A stretch of 53,761 bases of DNA, counting the filler, from Sluysia triapertura (Eukaryota), in assembly GCA_046118255.1 (NCBI GenBank). It is 4 parts of 4 records of this genome, joined end to end, with 100 filler letters (N's around TTAATTAATTAA, not from the genome) between each part and the next. Parts side by side here need not be neighbours in the genome. Positions count along the whole stretch, not along the records: positions 29,558 to 41,845 come from JBJNIA010123081.1; positions 41,946 to 53,761 come from JBJNIA010168036.1; 2 more parts are not named here. One strand, given 5' to 3'. Shown here in pieces: positions 35,175 to 47,666 of the stretch. Position numbers and translations under genes: made by a program. The notes beneath the pieces are model-generated. The model did no database searches, was not told the origin of the DNA, and was given only the letters and a program-made list of their open reading frames with translations. Each line of letters begins with the position of its first letter. Positions within the stretch are counted from its first letter, which is position 1.

Positions 35175-37592
35175 TGTAATAAGTGTCTATTTGAAAAATC
35201 GTAATTGTAAGTCGTCTCTGATGTAAGAGGTGAAATGAAAATAGAATTTTAATTATCTTTCAAAGTCTCAGTGTAGAAATAAGTTTCTAACTAAATAAAA
35301 TTTATATTAATGACAAAAGTGCAATAAAATCAATGATGTAAAGCATATGTAATTTTTTGAAAACTTTAATTTTACTAATTATTTTGTAAAATACACAGAA
35401 ATTCCATTTTATATAATTTACAAAATTATTTAATTAATTTTGTTTTATTTAGGACAAATAATCCCTGAAACTGCACATGCTCAAATAAAAAAATCCAGAT
35501 TGTCAAGTTCCAATTTCGATTCAATAATATAGAATAGAGTTGATTGTTAAAACCTAAAATAATATGGTACAAAATTTAAAATTTATGTAATTAAATGTCA
35601 ATTTCTAATTTTAGAAAACGTGTAATGTATCCTTTGGTGTGTGTATTCCAGTGGTATCATACTACGGCCATACTATAATTTCTTCAAAATCAGTATCCTA
35701 TAATTAATTCTGTTAATTAAATAATTTTGCTTTTCAATATTATTCTGTATATTTTTGCCTACATGCTGCCAATTTTCTCCATATAATAGTTAATCACGTT
35801 CTATAATATAATTCTGGCTATTCGTATTTTCTATTGTTTATGCAGTTAATTCTACAGTAACGATATTTATTTTGTTTATCGCATAATATCTATCTAATTA
35901 TATATTAGACATATGACACACATACTTTTATTTTATTTACATTTAATATCTACTAATATTTCTTTTTAAGTTGTTTATCCACCTAATTATTTTATATATT
36001 TATAGATTATTTTAAAATATTTATTTTGTAAGTAGATATTTTACCGTAGATATTTATAGATTATATTTTTATCAGAACATTTCTTAAATTGAAATAAAAT
36101 ATGTTTTAATTTTAATTGTAATTGGATTTTAAATATTTTAATTTAAGAAAGAGAAGAGAAAGCTTAAAAATCCCAAAATAGTAACAATTTTCATGCAGAA
36201 CAATTGAGAACATTATAATCAGTAATTTTATTACTAGAAATAATGATTGTTTTATTAGTTTTGATAGAATAAGATCATTAATGATGTTATAAAAAGTTAG
36301 AAGAAATAGTCTTAGTACCTGTATGTTTGTATATCTTGATAAACTTAATGATTTTAAGAATGTACTACTACTGGTTGAATATAAACTCCAAAAGAACATC
36401 ACAATGTGTAATGTTAATAAAATAGAAATGGAAAATGAATATTCATATACATAAATAAATTGTATGGCCGCAATTATATTATAAAATGAAATTAACAACC
36501 CTTTTTCACATTTTTAGGAAAACTTTAAAATGGGACAAAGTCTTCCCTATTTCGAGGTTTCACTGTAATGGGATAAAAAAAAGTATTAATTCAAACCAAA
36601 TAAAAATTTAACTCTAATAAATGAAGAACATCATATTTAATTAGAAACTAAGATAAATTACCAATTTTAGATCACGTTGAAGTAATTTTATTATTTTTTA
36701 AATATTCTGAATATTGAACTTATTTGTTTTCGACAAATTAGATATAGTCAAGTATTGGATTAATAGTTCCAACAACAAAATATGTCAGCAATATCGATTG
36801 ATTAAGTATATATAAATCACCAACTTTATTATCATTAAGTTAAAATTCAATTCAAGTTTATCTCTTAATTTTATTTACCAAAAATTCTGATATTTCTATA
36901 TTCTTCTACATAAATCTTAATTTCCATCATACATCTACTTTCTTTTAATCTTATATTATGGATATATTGGCAGTTTTCCCTATGTATTAGCTAATTATAA
37001 TTCATTACCTTTTTTTACTACACTATAAATCATAGTATAATTTAACCATGTACTTTATTCAGTTATACTGGTCTTGCTTATTAGTATTCGTTATTTCGCG
37101 GATTTTCATGCTTTATTAGTGTCTAAATTTCATCCGTTTTCAATTACTAAGACATTTTTTAGAGATTTTAAACGTTTTCTGATAATTTTGATATTGTAAA
37201 CTAAGAGCAATACAAAATTTGTTATTTTATTTGTATCATAATTTTAAAAATCTTTCTTTAAAATCATTGTTCATAACATTTTCAAATTGTTTTTTAAATG
37301 TTTAAAATGAGTTTTAAGACTATTATTATTGTTACTATTGTGAGAAGCCCTAATTAGTGTCGAAAATAATTTAAAAAATAATAAAATTAAATCACCATAT
37401 CAAAAAAACATCCACTTTATTACTTAAAAATGATTGAGAAACAAAAAAATATCAGTAACGCCTCTAATAACGCGACAGAAATAGGAGACTAATTCATCAT
37501 ACTTAATTAACATCCAGAAAATATTACAAATCAAACTTAAATATTAAATGTAACACTAGAATGAATGTTTAGAATTGTTAGACTTCATAAAA

Positions 37593-37664
37593 TGGACTGA
37601 CCGGGGATCAAACCCGGGACCATCGTTACGCAGTTCGACTGCTCTACCACTGAGCAATCAGCCC
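37593..37664 (-). pseudogene. tRNA-Ala-like pseudo-tRNA / head of a tRNA-derived SINE
   Basis: GGGCTGA TT GCTC AGTGGTA GAGC A GTCGA ACTGCGT AACGA TGGTC CCGGG TTTGATC CCCGG TCAGTCC A TTTT. Acceptor, D and T stems pair, A/B boxes are recognisable and a T4 terminator follows. The anticodon stem is broken (loop centre TGC) and the T-loop is TTTGA instead of TTCGA. Confidence 0.75.
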
Positions 37665-38459
37665 CGTCTAACAATTTCATTTTCAATATATTCAATTATA
37701 CTACTTGGCACTTTTTAGGCCTTTTACCCCAACATTGGACTTGCTATTAAAAATACAAAAAATAGAGTTAATTTTCCAATAAAGAAAATAACACTTTCTG
37801 AAAAAGACAGAATTTTCGAGACTATTGGCCAATGACATATATGCTAGCATCGATTCGATCTGAATCACGAAACAAAAGTGAGAAAAAATTTTAATACTCA
37901 TCATTATTTGGAAACTTTTGCTATTACAAATTGGTGATAATTTTCAGAAAATAATTTCATCCATCTTGCCTTTGATTTAAAGTGTTGTTATAGTGTTTAA
38001 GTGGTTTTACTCGAGAGAGTCAAACTCTGAAATCTAACTTAAAATCCTTTTTATTAATTTTTAACCTCAATTTAATGAGAGAAAAAATATATTTCTAAAA
38101 ATTTCAAAGTAAAGAAAAAATAAAAACTTTAATTGTAAATATTTTGTTTATTTTTCGGATAATTTTAATTTGTCTCTTGCTTATGCAGTTGTATATTTTG
38201 AAGAAATTTGTTACTATTAATACTTGTATCTTTTGATTAATTGTAAAGTAGACCTTCTAGATTTTCATTAATTATGTTAATGTAAACTCAAAGTTAACAT
38301 ACAACATTAGGTGTATAATTTTGTTAAGACCCTCCATTTAAGAAGCTACATTATCAATAACTACTAATCTAATTTATTGTTCTAGCAGGGTCTACTAATG
38401 AAGTAAATATACATAAGTTAAAGCATATTAAGTACATTTAAGGATAAGAAGTTAAAAGT

Positions 38460-38560
38460 TACACTTCACGATTTGTCACTTTATGTTGTAAGTCGTTTAC
38501 TGTAACTGAGCCATGCAAAAATTTCTTTTGCCGAAGATTAAGAGTTAAGAAAACCACAAC
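38460..38560 (-). repeat. Dispersed repeat family A, copy 4
   Basis: The reverse complement reads GTTGTGGTTTTCTTAACTCTTAATCTTCGGCAAAAGAAATTTT...AACGACTTACAAC...GACAAATCGTGAAGT. Confidence 0.6.
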
Positions 38561-40079
38561 TGCACTATAAATTTGCAGTTCGCTAGGGTGGTAAAAACAT
38601 TAAAAATGATTTGATGTCTCATTTATAATTGAATAATTTCAAGGAAAAAATTAGCATATAAATTAGTGCATTTGAAAATCATTTTATTACTTTTGATAAG
38701 TATTCAAATGGTCTTATCTAGCGTTACCAAGTAGCTCTCCGAAATTCGGCCGAAATTTAGAGACTATAGGGAACTGCTGAGGATCGGCATATTATCAGAC
38801 AATTTGACTCCGAAAAAGAAAATGCCGACCCATTAGAAGTCATACTCTTGATGACGAATATATGCTAATAAATGTATTTTGATATTAATTTTTATTCATT
38901 TCTAGATATAGAAAACATAGATATAATTGTTAACGAAGATCCAATGAGTTGGCATAATGAAATAAATTATTATTTTGGTATTTATTTTAAAGTATCAGCA
39001 ACTTTATTCTATAACATTTAACATTAAAAAAATGTAGGATGAAAAAGTATAAAAATTGCAAGAACTAAATTTTAATATTAATCAGTATGAATAAAGCACC
39101 AAAAATAATTATATATAATAATAATGCAATATGTCGAGATTTAGGAAGATACACACATTATGGCACAAATGTAGTAATATGCGTGCATATAATCATAAAA
39201 GTTATCGTACGCAGCTGTAAAAAATCATAGCATTTTTAAAAATACAAAAGTTATAAAAATAAATCATGTTGCACAGTTATAAAATGTATGCTAATCAAAT
39301 AGCATAAACAATACCTATTATTAAAAAAGTTATAACTGCACATAATACTTGAAAGTAGTGAGGACAATTTAGACATTGATAATTCACTAACTGCAAAGGA
39401 TGACTTAATTATTACAGATGCAAACTTAGGTTCATTAACCTCAAATGTACCACCATCATTAGTAACAAACAATTTTAAAAATATAAAGATTGCATCACGT
39501 AAAACTAAACCTGCTTATCGTAAATATAAACCTACTTAAAACAACACCTATATCTCGAAAGCTATTACCTAAAAAACCAAAAACCAGAAAATCATTAACA
39601 CAAAAGCAAAAATTAAACAATTAATTTCGACTATTTTGCAACAAAATAAAAAGATGAAATTTGAACGTAGTTTATTATTAATATATTATTGGAAGAATAA
39701 AATCCCGCAGACTCACTTAAAATCATTTCATTTATATTAAATGATGATTTAGTTGATATATTCACACAAAAATTGTTGGTAAAATAAATGTTAAGGAATC
39801 TAAAAAACAAGCATTATTGAAATACAAAAATCCACCTATTGATTTAAAAAATGCAAAAAGTCTAAATTCTAAATGACAAGTAATTTACAAACAAAATATT
39901 TGTTTTATTTGTGCAGTAGTACTAATTGTGACATCACTTGCTAGTGGATTAATAAGTCATAGACTGGAATAAGTATGGCTTAAACATTATCTAGTTTACC
40001 TAATATAAATTTCAGCACAAAATCAGATTGTTGTAGTGGAGATTAAAACAGATAAGAAGACAAACAAATGGCTGAAATA

Positions 40080-41360
40080 TCAATTGGTGTACAAAATATG
40101 AGACGAAAATTTCAAAAATGTAAATATGAAATAGAAATGATTCCATATTCAAAAATTAATAATAGTTACGAATATATCTTAAATTGTGTTGATGTGTTTT
40201 CAAGATTTACAATAGCAGTACCACTGCTTAAGATATGAATGAAGCAGTCGACATTAATTAAAAAGTACTGATTTAGGTAAAGTGTTATATAATAAAGATG
40301 CGAAAAAAGACTAGAAAAATATGAAATTAATTATTATTCAGTATAAAGCAGCATTAGTTGAACGATTTAACACCAAACGGAGAGATATTAATTCAACTAA
40401 ATTTATGGAAATGTGGCAAAACATAATTTAAAGTAGACAAAAAATAAACCAAAATACAAAGTTGCTTGACCACGTAAGAATATCCATATTTCAACAACTC
40501 CATTCATAATAAACTTTAATAATAATTGCAGTAATGAGATGTTTCAAATTCATAAAATGTGTACAAGGCAAAATTCTTTAATGTATGTATTAAAAAATAA
40601 CGATGATATAAAGAAACTTTTATCAAGAATAATTACAGGTTTTACCTGAATTAATGAATCAATTTTAGAAGCTAAATGTAAAGCTACTTTTTAAATCAAT
40701 TGGATACTTAAATCACAATTAGTAGTATAAACGTCAATGTAGTATATTTATTATGAGTACAGAAAGTTTATTTAATATTAACAAGCAATAATTGTCCACT
40801 CACTCAATCAGACAATAATGCTAACATATTCCAATAGAATTATCTAGCAAATAGGACTTTACGTTAGTCGAATTTACTTATAATTTTTACAAAATTTGAG
40901 TTGGACACAGAGTATAATATTGTTTAGCAAAAAAATTAATTTCTTCTTTGATGAGAAATATAAACTTATTAATAAATCATATACTATAGAAAAAGTGGAA
41001 GAAAATATAGTACTTCAACCAACATGCAATTAATATATTAATGAAAAATAATAAAATAATACTAAAAATTATGGATTATTATCTAAATAAGCATCATTAT
41101 ATTGACAATAAAATAAAAATAAAAATGAAATTATTATCCATCAAGAAATTTAATAGTGATTTTTAATTTTCCAAGCAAGAATACGTATCAAATACCGTTT
41201 ATTTTATAACCGATATTCTTTAATTCAACAATGATAAAAAAACGCTTGGTATGTTAGCTGAACTTGAAATTAAATCAATAGATGTGAGTCAATATAAATT
41301 TCATTTTTGTAAAAACATCTAAAACATCACAAATTTAGATACAATTAAATCTAAATGGAA
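40080..41360 (+). mobile_element. Fossil Polinton/Maverick (adintovirus-like) segment: rve integrase plus minor-capsid (penton)-like gene
   Basis: Integrase motifs in order: MIPYSKINNSYEYILNCVDVFSRFTIAVPL (~40137-40226), TDLGKVLYNK, LEKYEINYYS, KAALVERFN (40345-40371), DHVRISI, CSNEMFQI. From ~40769, YLILTSNN...DNNANIF / PIELSSK*DFTLVEFTY resembles the Polinton penton N-terminus. All frameshifted. Confidence 0.7.
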
Positions 41361-41769
41361 TGCTTTCAAAAAGTTTAATTAGAAAGTAATAAACATGATT
41401 ATGAACGTGAAAATTTATCAGAATGATTAGGATTTAGTTTTAATAGATTTACTTGAATATCATTGAACGGCTTTATGTCGAGAAAAGTACCACTATTGCG
41501 ATGAATTTGATTAGCAAATAATAAAGAACATGAAAATTATGATGCAGTTACCCATATCATCATTACCATTATCATCATTATCTAGAAACAATGTAGAAGC
41601 TAATATTCGTGATGATTCCAGACAAACAATTTGTTTTTCATACAGAAGTAAAACAAGTTTAACTATTCATTTACGAAAAATAAAATGATTCCTAAAATTA
41701 TTGAAGCTTATAATTAACCACAAATTGGTTTTGAATTATCATTTTTTGTTGGGAAACAATACTGTAATG

Positions 41770-41845
41770 CAGTGGTGTCAAAGTGGCGGCCCGCGGAGGC
41801 AAATCATGCGGCCCGTGTATTTACAAACAATACCAGGATAGGTAC
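41770..41845. mobile_element. Terminus of a hAT (Buster/Charlie-like) element at the contig end
   Basis: CAGTGGTGTCAAAGTGGCGGCCCGCGG...TGCGGCCCG: a CAG start with GCGGCCCG subterminal repeats. Confidence 0.7.
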
Positions 41846-41945
41846 NNNNNNNNNNNNNNNNNNNNNNNNNNNNNNNNNNNNNNNNNNNNTTAATTAATTA
41901 ANNNNNNNNNNNNNNNNNNNNNNNNNNNNNNNNNNNNNNNNNNNN
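41846..41945. other. Artificial contig linker
   Basis: N44-TTAATTAATTAA-N44. Confidence 0.97.
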
Positions 41946-44900
41946 CGAAGTCTTGGTTTATACAACTTTATCTTTGTAAGAATTTTAAATTAAATGTTGT
42001 TTGCGTATTAACGATGATCGGTTTTTTTAATAATACAATTAAATTGTGTTATTCTTATTTAATTCGCCCTCTGAGGCATATAGTCATTGTTATTAAGTGC
42101 CTTAAGCACAGAATTATTAAAAAATTTTAAATATAATTAAATTGGCAAATGTAACATTAAATTTTGTAAATTTTATAAGACGTTTTTGAATCTCATCCAA
42201 AATATTCTATTAAATAATAAACATTTCTTAACAACCATTAATCATACGTGACATTACTTTTGTTGCCGTATCTGTGGTCTGTCTAGGTTAAAATATGATT
42301 GAATTCAAAGAGTATTTTTGTATTTTATATTTAGTAATTTAGTTACTCTTCGAGATATCCCACTTATTTTTAATAATTTATTTAGCAAGCATATTACTCA
42401 TTACACATTTTGACAAACACATTACCATACAACCATAAACACAATCATACTTCGCTAGAATGGCACAATTATACACTTTCTATCTAGTTACTATACTTAA
42501 TAAGCCACAGCTCGAGAAAAAATGTAAGAACTCTAGAACAAAGGAAATCCTTAGATACACATATAAATTGAGAGCGCGTTAGTTTCTTCTTGAAGTCCTT
42601 GCATCTCCTCACTTATATAGATTTATCTTCCAACAAAGATGTTATGACTGATTTCTTTAGTATAAGAACTAATTAATAGTTAGGAAAGGGAAACATCTAT
42701 GAAAAATTGAACTATTACATAATACTAAAACAAGAAAAATTAAATGAATGTGTAAGTATATTATGAAATAAAATGTAAGTATGAGTATTATCGTCGGTGT
42801 TACAGTTGTTATTGTGGAAAGATTTTATTAATGTGAGAAAGTGTATAGAATGTGAAAGTAAATGATTATTAATTGAGAAGTGTTAGTAATTAGTTCATTT
42901 ATAATAAGAATTATAACTGAGAGTGTATAGCTGGTAAGAATTTACATCACAATAGCATTAATTAAGTACTTTAAGTACTGCGCATAAGCACACGTTATTT
43001 TTTCTAAAGTGGTCAAGAATAATAACAGATTAACTAGACATCATAAAGTATACGATTGTGTCGAAAAAGGTAGAATTAGTTACGGTTTAAACACTGTTAA
43101 TTATGTGGTGACTCAGTACATTACTAACGATTATATTCCAACAATCTCAGTTCAGCACTGTCAGTGTGTTATATTATATACTGTAGATTGTCATATTGTA
43201 TACTGTATGTATACATATTTGCGTATATTTATATTATTGACTAAAATTATTATTTTAATTGCAACATTGAATTAATAGAGACATAATATTATACTATTAA
43301 TGTTACTAATTTTAAATTTATCCATTTATATTATAAAAAGGTTAAAATCTTACAGTACCTTATAAATACTTTCCATCACAAATTATAAACTACATATAAT
43401 ATACCGCATAATTTTAACAATTAATATCTTATTAAATAAACGTTTCACGATAATTACTATTATATCCCTAAGCTATACTTTATTGTTATTATAATATAAT
43501 TATTAATATTGTAGTGAACTCCATATTTTTACATCAAAATCACAAACGAACATTTCTTACATAAACAACTACAAAAATAAAATCAATAATTGGTTTTTAA
43601 ATTATCATTTGAGATAATGCTACTTACAATTTTTATGGTTCCGTTTTCGCATATAATGAAATTTCAGCGAGTTCCATGTGGCAAATAGTCTCCAATATAT
43701 TATGTAGAACGATAATTTATGTTATTACGGAAGTTACAATAATCACTTTCAAAGAAAATTTTGCACTTTGTCATCTATTCTATTCTTAACAAGTCTTTTT
43801 ATTTGCACATCAGTATGTATATTTCTATTTGTGTATTGTATTAGTTTTGTTATATTTAATAAACTTGTTTAATTTGTTTTAATTTTTTAAAGTTTTTGAA
43901 TGTTCTAAAAAGCCTTACGCCTAAAGTTTTAACAATTTTATTCATTTATTTGTTTCGAAATATGAAATTAAAATTAAAAATATAATTCTAGTTAATTTTG
44001 AAAATTTTAAAGCTTTTTGTAAATGCAACAATTATACGCACTCACAAAAAATATAATTACTAATGTTGTTAACGAAGATTTATCAGACAATAATGAAGAA
44101 ATTCATAAACAATTATTCTGGGACAAAAAATTTCGATATGAAAAGTCTTGTTAAAATTGATTCAAAATAAAATTAGTATTCTACACCGAAACGTGAAATT
44201 AGAAAATTTGGATATTGCTTTTAGTCGAGAAAAATTTAAAGATTTTAGTTCAAGGATCCATAAAAAAGAGTAACTGTAATCTGTGGAACACGATTTTTTC
44301 AAAACTAAAAATAGTATGAATATTGAATTTAATTCACAAAAGCATTTCGTGTTTGAAGAAAATGCATCTTTGTGGTGGTGTCTTATTAACCTATGAAGAA
44401 TTTCAACAAATTCCTTATCAAAATAAAATCCTCAGGAAGCTAACCGACACTGTTGAATTTGATATGTATGAAAGTTGATCATAAAAATCAAGCAACTGTT
44501 TTCCAAAATGTACCAAAGAAGATCGCTTGAGCACGAAAATGGTTCTGATGATGGCGAATGGCACTTCATATTGGTGTTTCAGAAAATGATTATGAAGTTG
44601 TAAAATTTTTACCGGAACGATTATATACACTTTGTGCAGTTATTCCAAATTCTAGCAATTATCCAGTCGCTGGTTAATAAATATGGAAATTTGGGTATTA
44701 ATGATAAAGAAACAATTGAAAAATTCAGAGAAACTATATAAAATAACGATGTAAGAAAATTCTAATAAAAAAAACCATGAAGCATTAATTCGAGATTTTG
44801 ACAAAATCTATGATTTTTTTGTGTCCTAGTGTTAGTGTTAGCCACAATCATAGCTTTAATGATGACTAGATTAATAAATAGCTATGTTTTACATTTTTAA

Positions 44901-47513
44901 AATGTTTATAAAACAAATTATATGGTTGCGTATCTAATAATAATCTTGCGATTTACATAAAACAACTATGCATCTATTTTATGAAATATTTCAACAAGTA
45001 TTGTTTTTGATATTTTGTACGAAAATAATGTTTTAATTTTAATTTACTAGTAACATATTTTAGTTTTAATTATGATTTTAGATTTTATTTTATTATTTAT
45101 GTGCTACGTACTTTTAAAAGCCTTTAAATTTTAGGTTTTATATAAAAAATTGTTTACCTGTTGCATAAACATTTGAAATTATCATACGAAAGTTTCATAA
45201 TATGTTCTATGATTCTGTGTAGGAAAGAATTAGAGAATAAAATGTTTTCTGTTTATCAAGCATGTAAAGAAATACAAAATAAAACTAAAATAAATACTAA
45301 AATTTAAGGGTTATCGAAGTTAAAATAAAAATTTAAAATTGCTGGCTGATTGCCTTAAAAACAAATAATAAACAAAGTGATTTTTAAAACAGAATAAATA
45401 ACAAATAGAACGTGCCTTAACAAAGTTTTTGAGTTTAAAAATCAGTAGTGACTTACAAATATACAAATTAAACATAGTCATATCTATAATTTCAGATAGA
45501 TCCAAATCAATATCTATAGATTCGAATATAACCCAAGGCTATTAGAAAATTATAGTACCAAAACGCGATATGACAAGAAAATTTTTTTGTTTTTCAAGAG
45601 CAATGACTATCGAATTACCCATGACAATATATCGTTATAATGGTGATATAGTATAGGACAAAAATAACACTATTGTCACAACTTTTGAGTTGAAGATGGA
45701 CTTCATTATGAATTAATCGCCTCCAGAGATGACATTAAGTTATTTCATTTACCAAGTATTAGAATAATTATACAAGTATAGATATTACGTAGGACTGAGA
45801 CATAATACAATTGATTTTTTGGCCAAACTTTACGACTCATGATTTAAGAATATCAATAGTAGATAAAATCGGTGACGATATAGAAAAACCACGCAAAAAT
45901 AAAACATATAGACAAACTTAATGACAAAACTCGTAACATTAATAACTCGAATAAAATTAGATGTAAACCTATTTATGATAAATTTTCCTCCACATTGCAC
46001 AGCCTTAGTCTCCGAAATTATATCTTTTCGTTTCACCTGTAACCAATCTTATGGTACAAGTTAATAAGTTCTATCTATTCATCCGCCATAAGGTCCACCT
46101 TTTTATACAATAAGTAACAAACAAATTAATCACATGATACTTGAACCCCATTCATTATGGATCAGGTCGTTCGAGAAATACGTTTTATTCTTTTCGTAGA
46201 ATCACAGATTTTCTAAAATATTGACTAATCATTTTTAAAAATGTTTAGGCGATATTGATTATTTTATAGTTATTAAATGCGTCTTATATAGTTTTAAGAA
46301 TAATGACGCTAACTTAGTTTAGAATTCCCATGAGAACGTTTCTCTATTTTTTCAAACTGTATCCATAATATTGTAGATATTAATATTTATGGTGTATTGT
46401 GGATACTAATATTTATGGTATAAATATTATAGTGTTTATGTGAATATTATAATGAAAATAATTTTTAATGTAATATTAGTATTTATGTATAATGTAAATA
46501 ATTTTTAAATATTACTAATTTAATTGTAGATAATATAAAATTTAATAATTACTTTATTAGTATTAAAACATTATTTTCGAATAAACTAATGAAATTGCAT
46601 AAATTAACTGTCTCTGATTCATTATATCGTTATCTAATAAAATTAATTAATCTTCGCTTTAATATAAATTGTAAATTAACCATCTTAATGGTCGAGGTAA
46701 AGTATATGTAAATGAAGCATTCTAGATTTTATATAAATAGTCTTTAAAAAAGTAAAAAAAACTGCAAGCAAAAGTGTACCATTAAACAAAAGTTATTCTT
46801 ACAAATTATTACAACAGTGGAATTCATCTATACGTTCGTGGATATCATTCATTACATCTGCGGAGATAAGCTTGTGAAGAATATCGGAAATAACTGAGAC
46901 GCTGTTGTTACTTATCCAAAGACCATTAATTGAATACTTGGAATTTCCGTTTATGTTTAATAAGTTAACTTATTTTCTGTAGGATTGTGCATTAATAAAT
47001 CTTGCATTAAAATCTTACTTAACTTTATTTTTTGAGTTGAAATCCAAGAATTAGCCTGGATCAAAATCTTCATTAAAATCTTATATTGTAATATTATAAA
47101 TTGGTGTATTTTATAATTTTGTTTTATTTCCTATTATATAAAAAAAATTTGTATCTGATAATTTTATTTTTAACATTACGTTCTGTATTCGATTTGTTGA
47201 ATAAATTTCTTGATTATTTTTAAAGTTAGTTTTCATTTAAAGAACAATTTGTTTAGGGATACAAAACTGAGTAAAGGATATAAATTGATAGAAGAATTAA
47301 ATTAAAAAGAAAACACGTATTAGTTTCGAATTATCGATACTCGCTAGAATAATTTTAAACTACTAATTTATAGGAGTTTAATTTACTTATTGATCACTAA
47401 AAGAAAGAGGATTTAAAATTGATAAGAGATTAAAAAATTGACTCGCATTTATTAATTCATTACAAGAGTTAAGTTACTTTCCGCAGAATTGACTATTCCT
47501 GTGGATACATCCT

Positions 47514-47666
47514 TTTCGTAAGATAAATCGTATTACACAGGCGGACCCATATCACGTTAATATTATAATTGTTCTAAACTTAGTAAAATTAGAATATTAA
47601 AAAATTATATAGCAGTTACACGACCATGTTAGTACCGTTTTCACATTAGATGCCTATTCAATTCCG
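47514..47666 (+). mobile_element. Ty3/Gypsy reverse-transcriptase fragments
   Basis: FRKINRITQADPY (47514-47552) and FTLDAYSIP (47640-47666) both match the Gypsy RT motif D(Y/F)RKLN..T..D.YP.P. Confidence 0.55.

Noticed and set aside
35450-35700. Exon-like segments as upstream ARP8 exons
   Set aside because: Translations on either strand contain stops or show no actin-fold similarity.
36112-36498. 128-aa hydrophobic ORF (also 10094-10387 and 25164-25388) as membrane or mitochondrial-type proteins
   Set aside because: The I/L/F/Y/K bias is what AT-rich non-coding DNA yields. No conserved motif or splice support.
37593-37664. Functional tRNA-Ala(TGC) gene
   Set aside because: The anticodon stem does not pair and the T-loop lacks the invariant C, so it is reported as a pseudo-tRNA/SINE instead.
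42262-42509. TG...CA bounded segment as a solo LTR
   Set aside because: No target-site duplication and uncertain boundaries.
44050-44830. Decayed coding-like stretch containing HLCGGVLL (trypsin-like) or KCIF/CGG (BIR-like)
   Set aside because: Only one short motif per hypothesis, with no supporting catalytic or ligand residues in register.
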